DNA of 64,000 nucleotides from a virus: positions 1 to 64,000 of the IMG/VR virus record IMGVR_UViG_3300042691_008788. One strand, written 5' to 3'. Positions 28,522 to 37,217 of this stretch are shown piece after piece. The notes under the pieces were generated by a model. The model searched no databases. It saw only the letters and a program-made list of their open reading frames with translations, and was not told the DNA's origin. How positions within the stretch are numbered: the stretch's first letter is position 1; each line of letters begins with the position of its first letter. A program made the position numbers and the translations under genes.

Positions 28522-28875
28522 ATGAGATACGAAGCAGCAAGAGCAATCCTATCTGAAGCCATCGAACAGTTGGATGAGTACAAATATATGCAGCCAGTGG
28601 ACCCCGTATACCCATTTGATCCTGCAAGAGATAAGTTCAATCCTAAGAAACACATGCATGATGTCTGGATGCCCGTTCCACCCACAGGAGTGGATCCAGG
28701 CTTACCACGCGTTCCACCAATAGACATTGGAAAACCACCACCACCAATGATGACTCCACAAGAAAGAGCGGAGGAAAGAAGGCAGGAAGGTATGAGGCGT
28801 TATCGTGGGGAAAGAATACTCCGTGACCGACTGAGAAAATTCGGTGATACAGTACGAGATGCATTACGCCGTTAG
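28522..28875 (+). CDS. Pro/Arg-rich protein, paralog 3
   Basis: Same leader; PPID..KPPPP...P.ER shared with paralog 1. Confidence 0.8.
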   Translation: MRYEAARAILSEAIEQLDEYKYMQPVDPVYPFDPARDKFNPKKHMHDVWMPVPPTGVDPGLPRVPPIDIGKPPPPMMTPQERAEERRQEGMRRYRGERILRDRLRKFGDTVRDALRR

Positions 28876-28915
28876 AATTAAAAGATAATACAGAAACTTG
28901 ACAAAGAGAGAAAAG

Positions 28916-30235
28916 ATGAACAACCTATTCCTAAACCACCTAAACTCAATCACACCTCAAGGAAAAGCCAAAGATACATGCATCTTTGTTCCTGCAAGTG
29001 ATATTAATGAAGCCCCCAAGTATGTCCAAGATGCCATTCCCGCAGTCCCAAATCTTTACATGCTCACCTACAGTCCTGGTGAGAAGAATGAGACTCAGGG
29101 TGGAAGGAGGAAGTTCGTTGGTAAGATGAAGAAGAATCCTTCTATGGTCTATGAGGGTGCCTACAAGGGTGCCATGGAGGATTGGCTAACTGATCTTCCC
29201 AAGCCAGCGATTGCGGAACTCAAGGCAAAGCACGGGAAGGAACTTGCCCATACGGGTGGAGCGGGATACCGAGACATTGCCACCAAGAAGACCCTTCCAC
29301 TTCACAAGTCCATCGTCGGCATCCTGAAGAAGCACAAGGTCAAGCCATTTGCCCAAAACATCCATGACTCGTCCCATGTCATCCAGATGTCATTCCATAC
29401 CTTCCATGGTGACATGAATGAGGAGAAGCATGTGGATGATGAGGGTGGAATGGCAATGGGTGAACTCAAGTCTATTATTGCAAATGCTAATGACATCATG
29501 TCGATGCTAAAGTCTGATTCTCAACTTGAGGGATGGGTTCAGTCCAAGATTACGAAATCAGCAGATTACATTTCTTCAGTGAAAGACTACCTTTCCAATA
29601 CTCCAAATTCGATATCTGAAGAGGAGAAAAAGAAAGAAGAAAATGAAGAATCAACCAAGAGCATGATTGCTCGTCTTGTTGCTAGGGGTCACAAGAAACT
29701 TGGTAAAAAGATTCCCGATGATGTGATCCGCGATGTCGATCCAAAGTACAAGACCAAGGATGACATGTACGAAGCCGCACAAGAGATAGACAATCTTCCT
29801 CCAAGCGACAATCCATTTTGGCAAGGTAGTAGAACTAGAAAGCCATCTGATGGAAGACCAAATCTTTTTTGGAGAAGGAAAGTAAATCCTGGTAATGAAA
29901 TAGATGCTCTTGAGCCAAGAGGATCAAGAGATATTCGCTATTTTGAAGGACAGAGGCAGTTGAGAGATAGGCTTCCTTCAAATCCTCCTCCAAGTGTAGC
30001 AGAGGCAGCACCCGACATTGGACAGAACCTCAAGGGGATGCCAAAGAGGGCGGGTAGAAAACTTGCATATGCTTCCAAGAGGTGGGGCAAGGGCGAAATC
30101 CCATACAGCGAGTACAAGGTTGCGGATGAAAGACACACCCGCAAGATGGGTGGAAATGCAAGACGAATTGGAAAGAATCTTGACCAAGCCGTGACAGACT
30201 TCATCTCAAGGAAGCCAAGACGAAAGCGAAGATGA
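28916..30235 (+). CDS. Putative head-packaged polyprotein
   Basis: Leader MNN.FL.HL.SITPQGKA shared with 34526; repeated hydrophobic-X-E|(A/G/E/S) junctions; contains the conserved EG.MA...L....LEGWVQSKITK.ADY module. Confidence 0.75.
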   Translation: MNNLFLNHLNSITPQGKAKDTCIFVPASDINEAPKYVQDAIPAVPNLYMLTYSPGEKNETQGGRRKFVGKMKKNPSMVYEGAYKGAMEDWLTDLPKPAIAELKAKHGKELAHTGGAGYRDIATKKTLPLHKSIVGILKKHKVKPFAQNIHDSSHVIQMSFHTFHGDMNEEKHVDDEGGMAMGELKSIIANANDIMSMLKSDSQLEGWVQSKITKSADYISSVKDYLSNTPNSISEEEKKKEENEESTKSMIARLVARGHKKLGKKIPDDVIRDVDPKYKTKDDMYEAAQEIDNLPPSDNPFWQGSRTRKPSDGRPNLFWRRKVNPGNEIDALEPRGSRDIRYFEGQRQLRDRLPSNPPPSVAEAAPDIGQNLKGMPKRAGRKLAYASKRWGKGEIPYSEYKVADERHTRKMGGNARRIGKNLDQAVTDFISRKPRRKRR

Positions 30236-30240
30236 GTTAG

Positions 30241-30549
30241 ATGAAATCATTCAATCAGTTCATTTCCGAAAGTTCAGAAAGACTTGTGAAGATTAAGCAG
30301 TCTGGTCATTCTGCAAACATCCGCAAGATTGATGACAACACATCCATGTTCTCTCATCGTGGTGTGGTCGGTCATGTGACCAAGGCATGGAACCGCATGG
30401 GTGGTTGGGGGTATCAGGCGGGGAACATCCGCGTGAATGGTAAGGATGTCGGTCTTCCCGTGATCCATGGAACACACAAGACCATGAATGATGCCATTCA
30501 CAATGCCTATCAGCACACGATGTGGCACATGTCCAAGGGGAAGAAATGA
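30241..30549 (+). CDS. Internal head protein-like (capsid-targeting leader)
   Basis: MKSFNQFISE|S. Confidence 0.75.
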   Translation: MKSFNQFISESSERLVKIKQSGHSANIRKIDDNTSMFSHRGVVGHVTKAWNRMGGWGYQAGNIRVNGKDVGLPVIHGTHKTMNDAIHNAYQHTMWHMSKGKK

Positions 30550-30914
30550 AGTCCTTCATGCAGTTCATTTCAGAGCAGAATGAGAACACGATCAATGACT
30601 TCGTGCAGTTCGCTGCACAGGAACTTGGCTTGCAGACCACTCCAAGCATCAGGTTGTTGCAGTCGCGTGAGAATGGCATGACCACGGCATCCTATTGCCC
30701 CGAGGACAAGAGCATCAAGGTATTGTGTGGCAACAGAGCCACATTTGACATTTGCAGATCCATTGCACATGAGTTGGTGCATCAGATGCAGGATGAGAAT
30801 GGCGATGAACTCGACGGAGAGACGGGATCACCATGCGAGGATGAAGCCAATGCACTCGCGGGTAGGTTGATTCGCACCTATGGCGGCAACAATGCTGGCT
30901 TCTATGAGGAATAA
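30546..30914 (+). CDS. HExxH metallopeptidase with capsid-targeting leader
   Basis: MKSFMQFISE|Q; RSIAHELVH.MQ...EDEANA. Confidence 0.8.
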   Translation: MKSFMQFISEQNENTINDFVQFAAQELGLQTTPSIRLLQSRENGMTTASYCPEDKSIKVLCGNRATFDICRSIAHELVHQMQDENGDELDGETGSPCEDEANALAGRLIRTYGGNNAGFYEE

Positions 30915-30917
30915 GAG

Positions 30918-31421
30918 ATGAAGACCTACGAACAGTTCATTGCAGAGGCAATGGAAATAAAGAATCTTTCCGAGAATTGGTCATATGCTCATGATTTTGA
31001 TGAGATGCCGAACTCAGAGAAGCAGAAGTATGTCTACCATGTCACAACGGCAGCAAGGGCAGCAAAGATTGTCAAGCATGGTCTGAAGCCACGCAGTCCA
31101 AAGGGTCGCACCAACTACCCAGGCAACAAGGAATACACCCAAGGTCATGCATTCGTGACCAATCATCAAGGTGTGCGCTATTGGAAGGATCAGACGCTTC
31201 ATGCAGTGAATCGACGCAAGCGCGAGGTGGATGAAAGAGACTACGAAAACATCCATGTGGTAAAGTTCCCAATCTCAAATCTCGCAAAGTCCACAAAAAG
31301 AAAGTTCACGACCGATCAACTTGGCACCAAGGATGCAAGGAAACATGATGATGATCCACTCATTGATCCATCAAGTCATGAAGGATCCACCGCATTCAGG
31401 ATTCGAAAGAAAGTCCGCTGA
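30918..31421 (+). CDS. ADP-ribosyltransferase-like (YHxT...GL) protein with capsid-targeting leader
   Basis: MKTYEQFIAE|A, near-identical to the T4 leader; YVYHVT....KIVKHGLKP...AFVT resembles the ART/Tpt1 strand-1 motif. Confidence 0.65.
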   Translation: MKTYEQFIAEAMEIKNLSENWSYAHDFDEMPNSEKQKYVYHVTTAARAAKIVKHGLKPRSPKGRTNYPGNKEYTQGHAFVTNHQGVRYWKDQTLHAVNRRKREVDERDYENIHVVKFPISNLAKSTKRKFTTDQLGTKDARKHDDDPLIDPSSHEGSTAFRIRKKVR

Positions 31422-31523
31422 TACCAAGCCTCACACCATAGATGGATTGATTGGTGGATTTGATGTATCAGAATGGTGGTACATATCCACCATTGATGAT
31501 GAATAACCCAGTCAAGCGCAGAC

Positions 31524-31554
31524 AGGAGAGGCTAACCCCTCTCCTTGTTGTTTT
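31524..31554 (+). terminator. Intrinsic terminator followed by late promoter CCTAAATA
   Basis: AGGAGAGG-CTAACC-CCTCTCCT then TGTTGTTTT. Confidence 0.75.
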
Positions 31555-31568
31555 CCTAAATATCACAT

Positions 31569-33728
31569 ATGAATACCATTACAATAACCAAGATAGAAGA
31601 AGCATCCGCACCCAATAAGGGCAAGGCATTTCTCCTTGCTGGATCGTTCAGTCCATACACGGTTGGACACCATGAGGTTGCACGACAAGCCGCTGAACAT
31701 GCTAAAGGTACAGGTCATACGCACTTCTACCATGGCATCGGTGGTGCGGCAAAGCAGACGCACGACGATCCATTGACACACGCACAGAAGAGATCCATTG
31801 TCCGTGCTGGTCACAGAGAACTCGCAAAGGAACACAAAGGGTTGAAGTTCCGTGCGATGGGATCGGAGCAAAGAGATCCATTCAGGCAACTTGCACACCT
31901 CGCGCAGAGGGGTCACAAGCACATCACGGTTGGTCTTGGCTCCGATCAGATGAAAGGCAAGTTGAAAAGGGAAATAGAGGGCAGCATTGCAAAAAAGGGT
32001 GGCATTGAGGACAAGACGGGAAAGATCCACAAGGTCAGGGTGGACTTCCATCAACTTGGTGGAGAGAGACACGAAGGAGAGATGCCACGACATGAGGTGT
32101 TGAGTAGATTGAGGAAGGGAGACATCAGCGTTGCAAAGGCTGGTCGTCTTCGCAAGGCGGTTGCATCTGGTGATACAGAACTAGCACATGAACTCATGCC
32201 AAAGCACATGAATAAGCCAAAGTACTTCGGCATGATCAAGTCCGCACAATCGAAGATAGCAAAGCCAAAGAAGAAGGTGGTGAAAGAAGGCTACATGTCC
32301 TTCGCTGAGTTTGTTTCGGAGGACATCGAACTGATTCCCGTAACTAGAGATAGAGATGCAGGGAAGCCAAGGAAAGCAGAGGTTGTCCACAAGGACTATG
32401 GAACGAAGACCTACTCATCCGACAAGGTTGTGACTCGAAAGAATCATGGAGAGATTCATCCTGGTTACGAACTTCATCAGCACTCCGTCGAGATGGACAA
32501 CAACAGACCGAGTGGACCACAAAGGATTGTGAAGCACAAGTTCACGATAGTACACAAGGCAAGCGGAGATATCGCTGGAGAAATGCACGCTTGGGGTGGC
32601 AAACTTCATCCGAAGAAGGGCGTTGTGTTTGGGTCAAAAGGCAAGGCACTGAAGGTATCTCATCTTGAGATGCATCCCGAACACGGCAGCAAGAAGGTCG
32701 GAGCATCTTTGCCCGTTGAAATGTACAGACATCTTCATAGAAGAGGACATGCCATTCAATCTGATTCAGTACAGAGCCACGGTGGAGCGCATGTGTGGAA
32801 CACAATGCGTAATGATCGTGAACTCAAGAAGCACATGATGATCCATGATGATGACAAGGTAGACACGAAGCAAAAACATGCATTTCAGACTCGCGCATAT
32901 AGAAGACCAGAGAGACACATTTGGCACCAGTTCAGCAGAAGTTGGAGTGGCGGAAGAGATAATCCATCAAAGGTAGAACCAGAGTATGGAGTTGATCCCG
33001 ACTTCAAGAGGACATTGATTCTTGCTGGTAAGAAGCGCAAGAAGAAGCCCGCTGTTGTATCGGAAGACATTGAGATGGCTGATATTCTTGTAAAGCCGAA
33101 GAGCGGTGGACTGAGTCCACGAAACTTTGAGAAGATGGTCGCACACAAAGGGTTGAAGCCAAAGAGATCTGGTAAGATTGCAAAGGGATACACTCTCTAC
33201 ACATCGGTTGATGCAACACATCCCGAATTTGAAGATCACCATATCGTGCATGATGCAACAGGACATGTTGCGGGTGAAGTTTCGACTCGCACATCTGGCA
33301 ACGACCACACGGTCATTCACACAGATGTTCATGGAGATCACACACAGAAAGTAATAGGAAAATCCCTTGCCGTGCTTGCATATAAGCACCTTGCAAAGAA
33401 GAAGGGAAACCTACACAGCAGCAGTCTACAGAGTCCTGGTGGTGCATCCATATGGAATAGACTTCGCAAGAATCCAAAGATGAAGGGTCAGGTCTTTCAT
33501 AAGATGAGAGGACAGGCAGAGGTTCCTGCACACGATCTACCCGATAAGAAGATATGGGCAACAGATGTCAAAGGTGGAATGTCATCATCCAACAAAGATA
33601 TTCCAAAGCCTCTTCCTCCATCGAAGCATCATGCCGCAGAGCATGAAAATGTGATAGGATCGCGTCTTGTGATCAGACCCATAAAAAAGACTAAATATAA
33701 AAGTACCAAAACAGGAGAAACAAAATGA
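31569..33728 (+). CDS. Multidomain protein: cytidylyltransferase-like (HIGH-type) domain plus two GNAT-like domains
   Basis: GSFSPYTVGH...DPL...GSD; two copies of H.(E/D)...G....Y.HL......S...QS.GG...WN; domains separated by SE|DIE. Confidence 0.65.
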   Translation: MNTITITKIEEASAPNKGKAFLLAGSFSPYTVGHHEVARQAAEHAKGTGHTHFYHGIGGAAKQTHDDPLTHAQKRSIVRAGHRELAKEHKGLKFRAMGSEQRDPFRQLAHLAQRGHKHITVGLGSDQMKGKLKREIEGSIAKKGGIEDKTGKIHKVRVDFHQLGGERHEGEMPRHEVLSRLRKGDISVAKAGRLRKAVASGDTELAHELMPKHMNKPKYFGMIKSAQSKIAKPKKKVVKEGYMSFAEFVSEDIELIPVTRDRDAGKPRKAEVVHKDYGTKTYSSDKVVTRKNHGEIHPGYELHQHSVEMDNNRPSGPQRIVKHKFTIVHKASGDIAGEMHAWGGKLHPKKGVVFGSKGKALKVSHLEMHPEHGSKKVGASLPVEMYRHLHRRGHAIQSDSVQSHGGAHVWNTMRNDRELKKHMMIHDDDKVDTKQKHAFQTRAYRRPERHIWHQFSRSWSGGRDNPSKVEPEYGVDPDFKRTLILAGKKRKKKPAVVSEDIEMADILVKPKSGGLSPRNFEKMVAHKGLKPKRSGKIAKGYTLYTSVDATHPEFEDHHIVHDATGHVAGEVSTRTSGNDHTVIHTDVHGDHTQKVIGKSLAVLAYKHLAKKKGNLHSSSLQSPGGASIWNRLRKNPKMKGQVFHKMRGQAEVPAHDLPDKKIWATDVKGGMSSSNKDIPKPLPPSKHHAAEHENVIGSRLVIRPIKKTKYKSTKTGETK

Positions 33729-34525
33729 GCATTCCAAACATTCAGCAGCAACTTTACCTCAAGAAAGCACTCAATGAGGACACCGATGGGATGTTCGATC
33801 ATCCAACTCTTGATGAAGGTTCCTATGTTCACTCAAAGAAGCAACTCAAGAAAGCCGTCAAGGGTTCAAAGAGAGAGATTGTCAAGGCACTCAAGCGCGG
33901 CAACAAGAAAGATGCTGAGTTTTGGATGCAGAACAAGAAGGACGCAGAGTCACAAATGTCTGAATCCATTGCTGAAGGTTCTTATGTTCACTCAAAGAAC
34001 CAACTAAAGAAGGCTGTCAAAGGTTCAAAGAGAGAGATTGTCAAGGCAATGAAGCGCGGCAACAAGAAGGATGCAGAGTTTTGGATGCAGAACAAAAAGG
34101 ATGCAGAATCACAAATGTCTGAATCCATTACTGAAGGTTTGCTCCGCAGATACAACGAACTCACAGAAGGATCACGCGGTCTTGCTCGTTATCAGCGCAT
34201 CGTAAAGGCATTGACAAAAAAGGCCGCTTCTTTGAAATCCACCCCAAAGCCAACAACAATGGCTGGTGATGAAGCACTTCATAAGAGAACTATGAATAAA
34301 CTAAAACTTTCAAAGGGTCAGCAGTTGCGTGACCGTGTGCAGATTTCTCGCGAACGCATGAGGGCTGGATTGGCTCCAAGCATTCCATCAAAGACCGTGA
34401 GTCCCGCTCAAGGTGATGAGACAGGAACATGGAGAATCAAGTCTGGTGCTGATCGCGCGCCAAAAACAGTTTTAAAGTATCGCGCAGCATCGGCAGCAAA
34501 AGCAGCAAAAGGAAAGGCCAAGTAA
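33725..34525 (+). CDS. Putative head-packaged polyprotein with a 53-aa tandem duplication
   Basis: Four E|G junctions; basic segments between them. Confidence 0.75.
   Translation: MSIPNIQQQLYLKKALNEDTDGMFDHPTLDEGSYVHSKKQLKKAVKGSKREIVKALKRGNKKDAEFWMQNKKDAESQMSESIAEGSYVHSKNQLKKAVKGSKREIVKAMKRGNKKDAEFWMQNKKDAESQMSESITEGLLRRYNELTEGSRGLARYQRIVKALTKKAASLKSTPKPTTMAGDEALHKRTMNKLKLSKGQQLRDRVQISRERMRAGLAPSIPSKTVSPAQGDETGTWRIKSGADRAPKTVLKYRAASAAKAAKGKAK
33814..34131 (+). repeat. Two-copy 159-bp tandem repeat
   Basis: TGAAGGTT at 33814, 33973 and 34132; copies encode GSYVHSK.QLKKAVKGSKREIVKA.KRGNKKDAEFWMQNKKDAESQMSESI.E. Confidence 0.95.
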
Positions 34526-35554
34526 ATGAACAATCAGTTTCTACAACATCTCAAGTCCATCACTCCTCAAGGCAAGGCCGAGGAGAAGAAGATATTCATC
34601 TCAGCAGAACGACTCAAGGAGTTGGAGGCAGAAGAACTTGATGAGGCCACACGCTCCAAGTATCTAAAGGTATATGGTAAGCACAAGGTTGGAACTGATA
34701 CAGGCGCACTTGAACTTGCAAGAAAGAAGCACGATGCTGCCATCATGCGTCGCGGTGGTGCTTCTCCAGAGGCAGTTAAGAGGGGACTAGCCAATGAATA
34801 TGGCATAGACCACGAAGTTGATATGGCAAAGTATAGATTTGCAAACAAGAGGGCTAAACACTTAGATAAAGCGATTGCCAATTATAATAGAAAAGCAAGC
34901 AAGTCAACGAACGAGGCCGTATCAACCAATGACCCAAACAGAGGTCGCATGGGAAGAGCAAAGCCAAAACTACCACCTGGTCTAGATCCTTATGATATGT
35001 ACAGCAAGGGTGAGATTCAACCATATGGTGGCAAACTTCAGAAGAGACTTCGCTCAATGAGTGCAGAAGATCGCAAGAGATACTATCAGCAGATCGGCAT
35101 TCGTTCACGCGCTGCAAGCCGTAGTGGAAAGACTCAGAGATTGTTTCCTATGACTGAAGGCGTTAAGAGGATGCGTAGGCTTCGCTCTGCGCGATTTGGG
35201 CAACAGGGAACCACGAAGGAACTTGATGCTGCCTATGATAAGGAACTCTCCAAGGTGAGCGCAAGCCGTCTTCGTCGTGGCGGTGCGCCAAAGCAGACCG
35301 TTCGTGCGTTCTTCACAGACAAGCCAACCACAAAGGCAGCGGACAAGGCATATTCGAAGTTCTCCAAGGATGCAATGAACAAGGCAAGTGCCAAGGGCAA
35401 GAAGATCTTCGAAGCAACTAAGGTTGGCAAGAAGATCAAGCGCAAGATTGTGAAAGCAAAAAACAGGCTTCGCAACATCGGAAGAAGAGTAGTAGATACA
35501 CTTGGAACTCCCCAAGATAATACAGATTACATGCTCACTGGTAGGAAGTTCTAA
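34526..35554 (+). CDS. Putative head-packaged basic polyprotein
   Basis: Leader shared with 28916; LDE|A, TNE|A, MTE|G and IFE|A junctions. Confidence 0.75.
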   Translation: MNNQFLQHLKSITPQGKAEEKKIFISAERLKELEAEELDEATRSKYLKVYGKHKVGTDTGALELARKKHDAAIMRRGGASPEAVKRGLANEYGIDHEVDMAKYRFANKRAKHLDKAIANYNRKASKSTNEAVSTNDPNRGRMGRAKPKLPPGLDPYDMYSKGEIQPYGGKLQKRLRSMSAEDRKRYYQQIGIRSRAASRSGKTQRLFPMTEGVKRMRRLRSARFGQQGTTKELDAAYDKELSKVSASRLRRGGAPKQTVRAFFTDKPTTKAADKAYSKFSKDAMNKASAKGKKIFEATKVGKKIKRKIVKAKNRLRNIGRRVVDTLGTPQDNTDYMLTGRKF

Positions 35555-35566
35555 AAGGAAATAACA

Positions 35567-37009
35567 ATGAAGACTAGAGATCTTAAATCACTATCAGAAA
35601 CAATCGCATCCGTGGTCGATCCAATCGATAAGGAACGCGCACAGATGCTACAGGAAGGCTTTCTCAACTCGTTGACCGAGAAGGCTCGTCAGATCGCTTC
35701 CAAGGAAATGGAAGATGAAGGCGAAGAGGAAGAAGACGAGGACGAGATGGAGGATGAAGGCGAAGAGGAAGAGAAGCCAACCTCCAAGAAGAAAAAGGCC
35801 AAGATGGATGAGGCTTATCCAACGACTTATGTACCAGAACCAAAGCCAGTAAAGCCAGAACCAAAGCCAGTAAAGCCAAAGAAGAAATTGAGTGATTATA
35901 GATCAAAGCCTTATCCAAAACTCACCAATGAGGACATCGAACTTGCAGAGAAGGCAGCACCTGGCTATGAGGATTGGGCATCCGATCCCAAGGTCAAGGC
36001 ATCCTTCAAGAAGCAATACGGCAAGCGTTGGAAGGAAGTCATGTACGGACACTCATGGAACCTTGCCAAGCAGGAAAACAAGTTGGGTTTGGATGAAGAA
36101 GAACAGTTGGATGAATTGACTGATGCCCTTATTAGCAGGGCAAGGAACAAGGCAATCCTACGAGGTCCAGAGAAGCGTGGTTTTGTTAAGAAAGCAACAA
36201 AGAGACTCCAATCAAGCGGAGCAATGGCTCCACGACCAAGCACTTCGACGGAACGCGATTCACAGTGGAACAAAGCATTCAATGAAGAAACTGATTTGGA
36301 TGAAGCAGTATCCGCCAAGCGTATGCGTATCATCCGCAAGTATGTCAAGGGAAATAAGAGAGTTCCAGAGCATCTGAAGGACTACATGGAGAGATCCTTC
36401 AAGAAGAAGAGGTTCAAGGACAAGCAACTCTCCGATGGTAGAGGAGCAGTCGGTGCATTGGAGACTCGTATGCGTAGGAAGTCTGCTGCACTAAGAGCAA
36501 GAGGCATTGAACCAAAGGGTGTTGCACCAGGATACCTTGAAGAAGGCATCCTCAAGAAACTTCGCAGGGCCAAGGGAGCAGCATATGCTGCCATGCAAAA
36601 GGGAGAGGGAGACAAGTATGCCAAACTCCATGGAGTGGCATCTGGACTTGAGTCAAGGTACAAGGCAAGTATGGCTCGTCGTGGTGAAGCAACACAAGAG
36701 ACAGTAAGGGGTGCGGGAAGCCGCCTTTCCAAGAAGGGCAAGTATACTCTCAAGGCAGGAAAACTAGCCACACAGCATGACAATGCAATCTCCCGTTTCC
36801 GCACGAAGGTTCGCACGGCAGAGTTGTTTGGCAGGGAAACCGATAAGGGAGCAAAGAGAGAGCGTCAACAGGCACAGGCCAAGTTCCGCATGGATGCTCG
36901 TCACGGAGATTTTGGTTATAATGACATAATTACTCCCGAGATCAAGAAGGCTGGCCTGAGAGCGCGTTACAACTACGAAAAGAGATACGGTAGACTAAAG
37001 GGAAAGTAA
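35567..37009 (+). CDS. Putative head-packaged polyprotein
   Basis: LSE|T, LQE|G, MDE|A, LAE|K, LDE|L, LDE|A and LEE|G junctions; acidic and PEPKPVK repeats. Confidence 0.75.
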   Translation: MKTRDLKSLSETIASVVDPIDKERAQMLQEGFLNSLTEKARQIASKEMEDEGEEEEDEDEMEDEGEEEEKPTSKKKKAKMDEAYPTTYVPEPKPVKPEPKPVKPKKKLSDYRSKPYPKLTNEDIELAEKAAPGYEDWASDPKVKASFKKQYGKRWKEVMYGHSWNLAKQENKLGLDEEEQLDELTDALISRARNKAILRGPEKRGFVKKATKRLQSSGAMAPRPSTSTERDSQWNKAFNEETDLDEAVSAKRMRIIRKYVKGNKRVPEHLKDYMERSFKKKRFKDKQLSDGRGAVGALETRMRRKSAALRARGIEPKGVAPGYLEEGILKKLRRAKGAAYAAMQKGEGDKYAKLHGVASGLESRYKASMARRGEATQETVRGAGSRLSKKGKYTLKAGKLATQHDNAISRFRTKVRTAELFGRETDKGAKRERQQAQAKFRMDARHGDFGYNDIITPEIKKAGLRARYNYEKRYGRLKGK

Positions 37010-37025
37010 TAAAAGGAGATAGATC

Positions 37026-37142
37026 ATGGCAAAAGTGAAGACACCCGCAAGACCACGCATTCGGGAACTAAAGCATCAGTTGTACATCAAGGCATTGAAC
37101 CGCAAGAAGAACCTTGATGGGTGCAATGGTAGAAAATACTAA
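37026..37142 (+). CDS. Small basic protein
   Basis: AAGGAG RBS; MAKVKTPARPRIRELKHQLYIKALNRKKNLDGCNGRKY. Confidence 0.6.
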   Translation: MAKVKTPARPRIRELKHQLYIKALNRKKNLDGCNGRKY

Positions 37143-37217
37143 ATATTCAAACACGCACTGATATTCTAGAACCTATCAGCGCACTCACATAGTTTCGAAA
37201 CTACGAAAGGTAAGAAA

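Noticed and set aside
27280-28580. Three roughly 58-bp direct repeats as a CRISPR or attC array
   Set aside because: Spacing is gene-length, and each repeat encodes the shared protein leader; no cas or integrase gene in the window.
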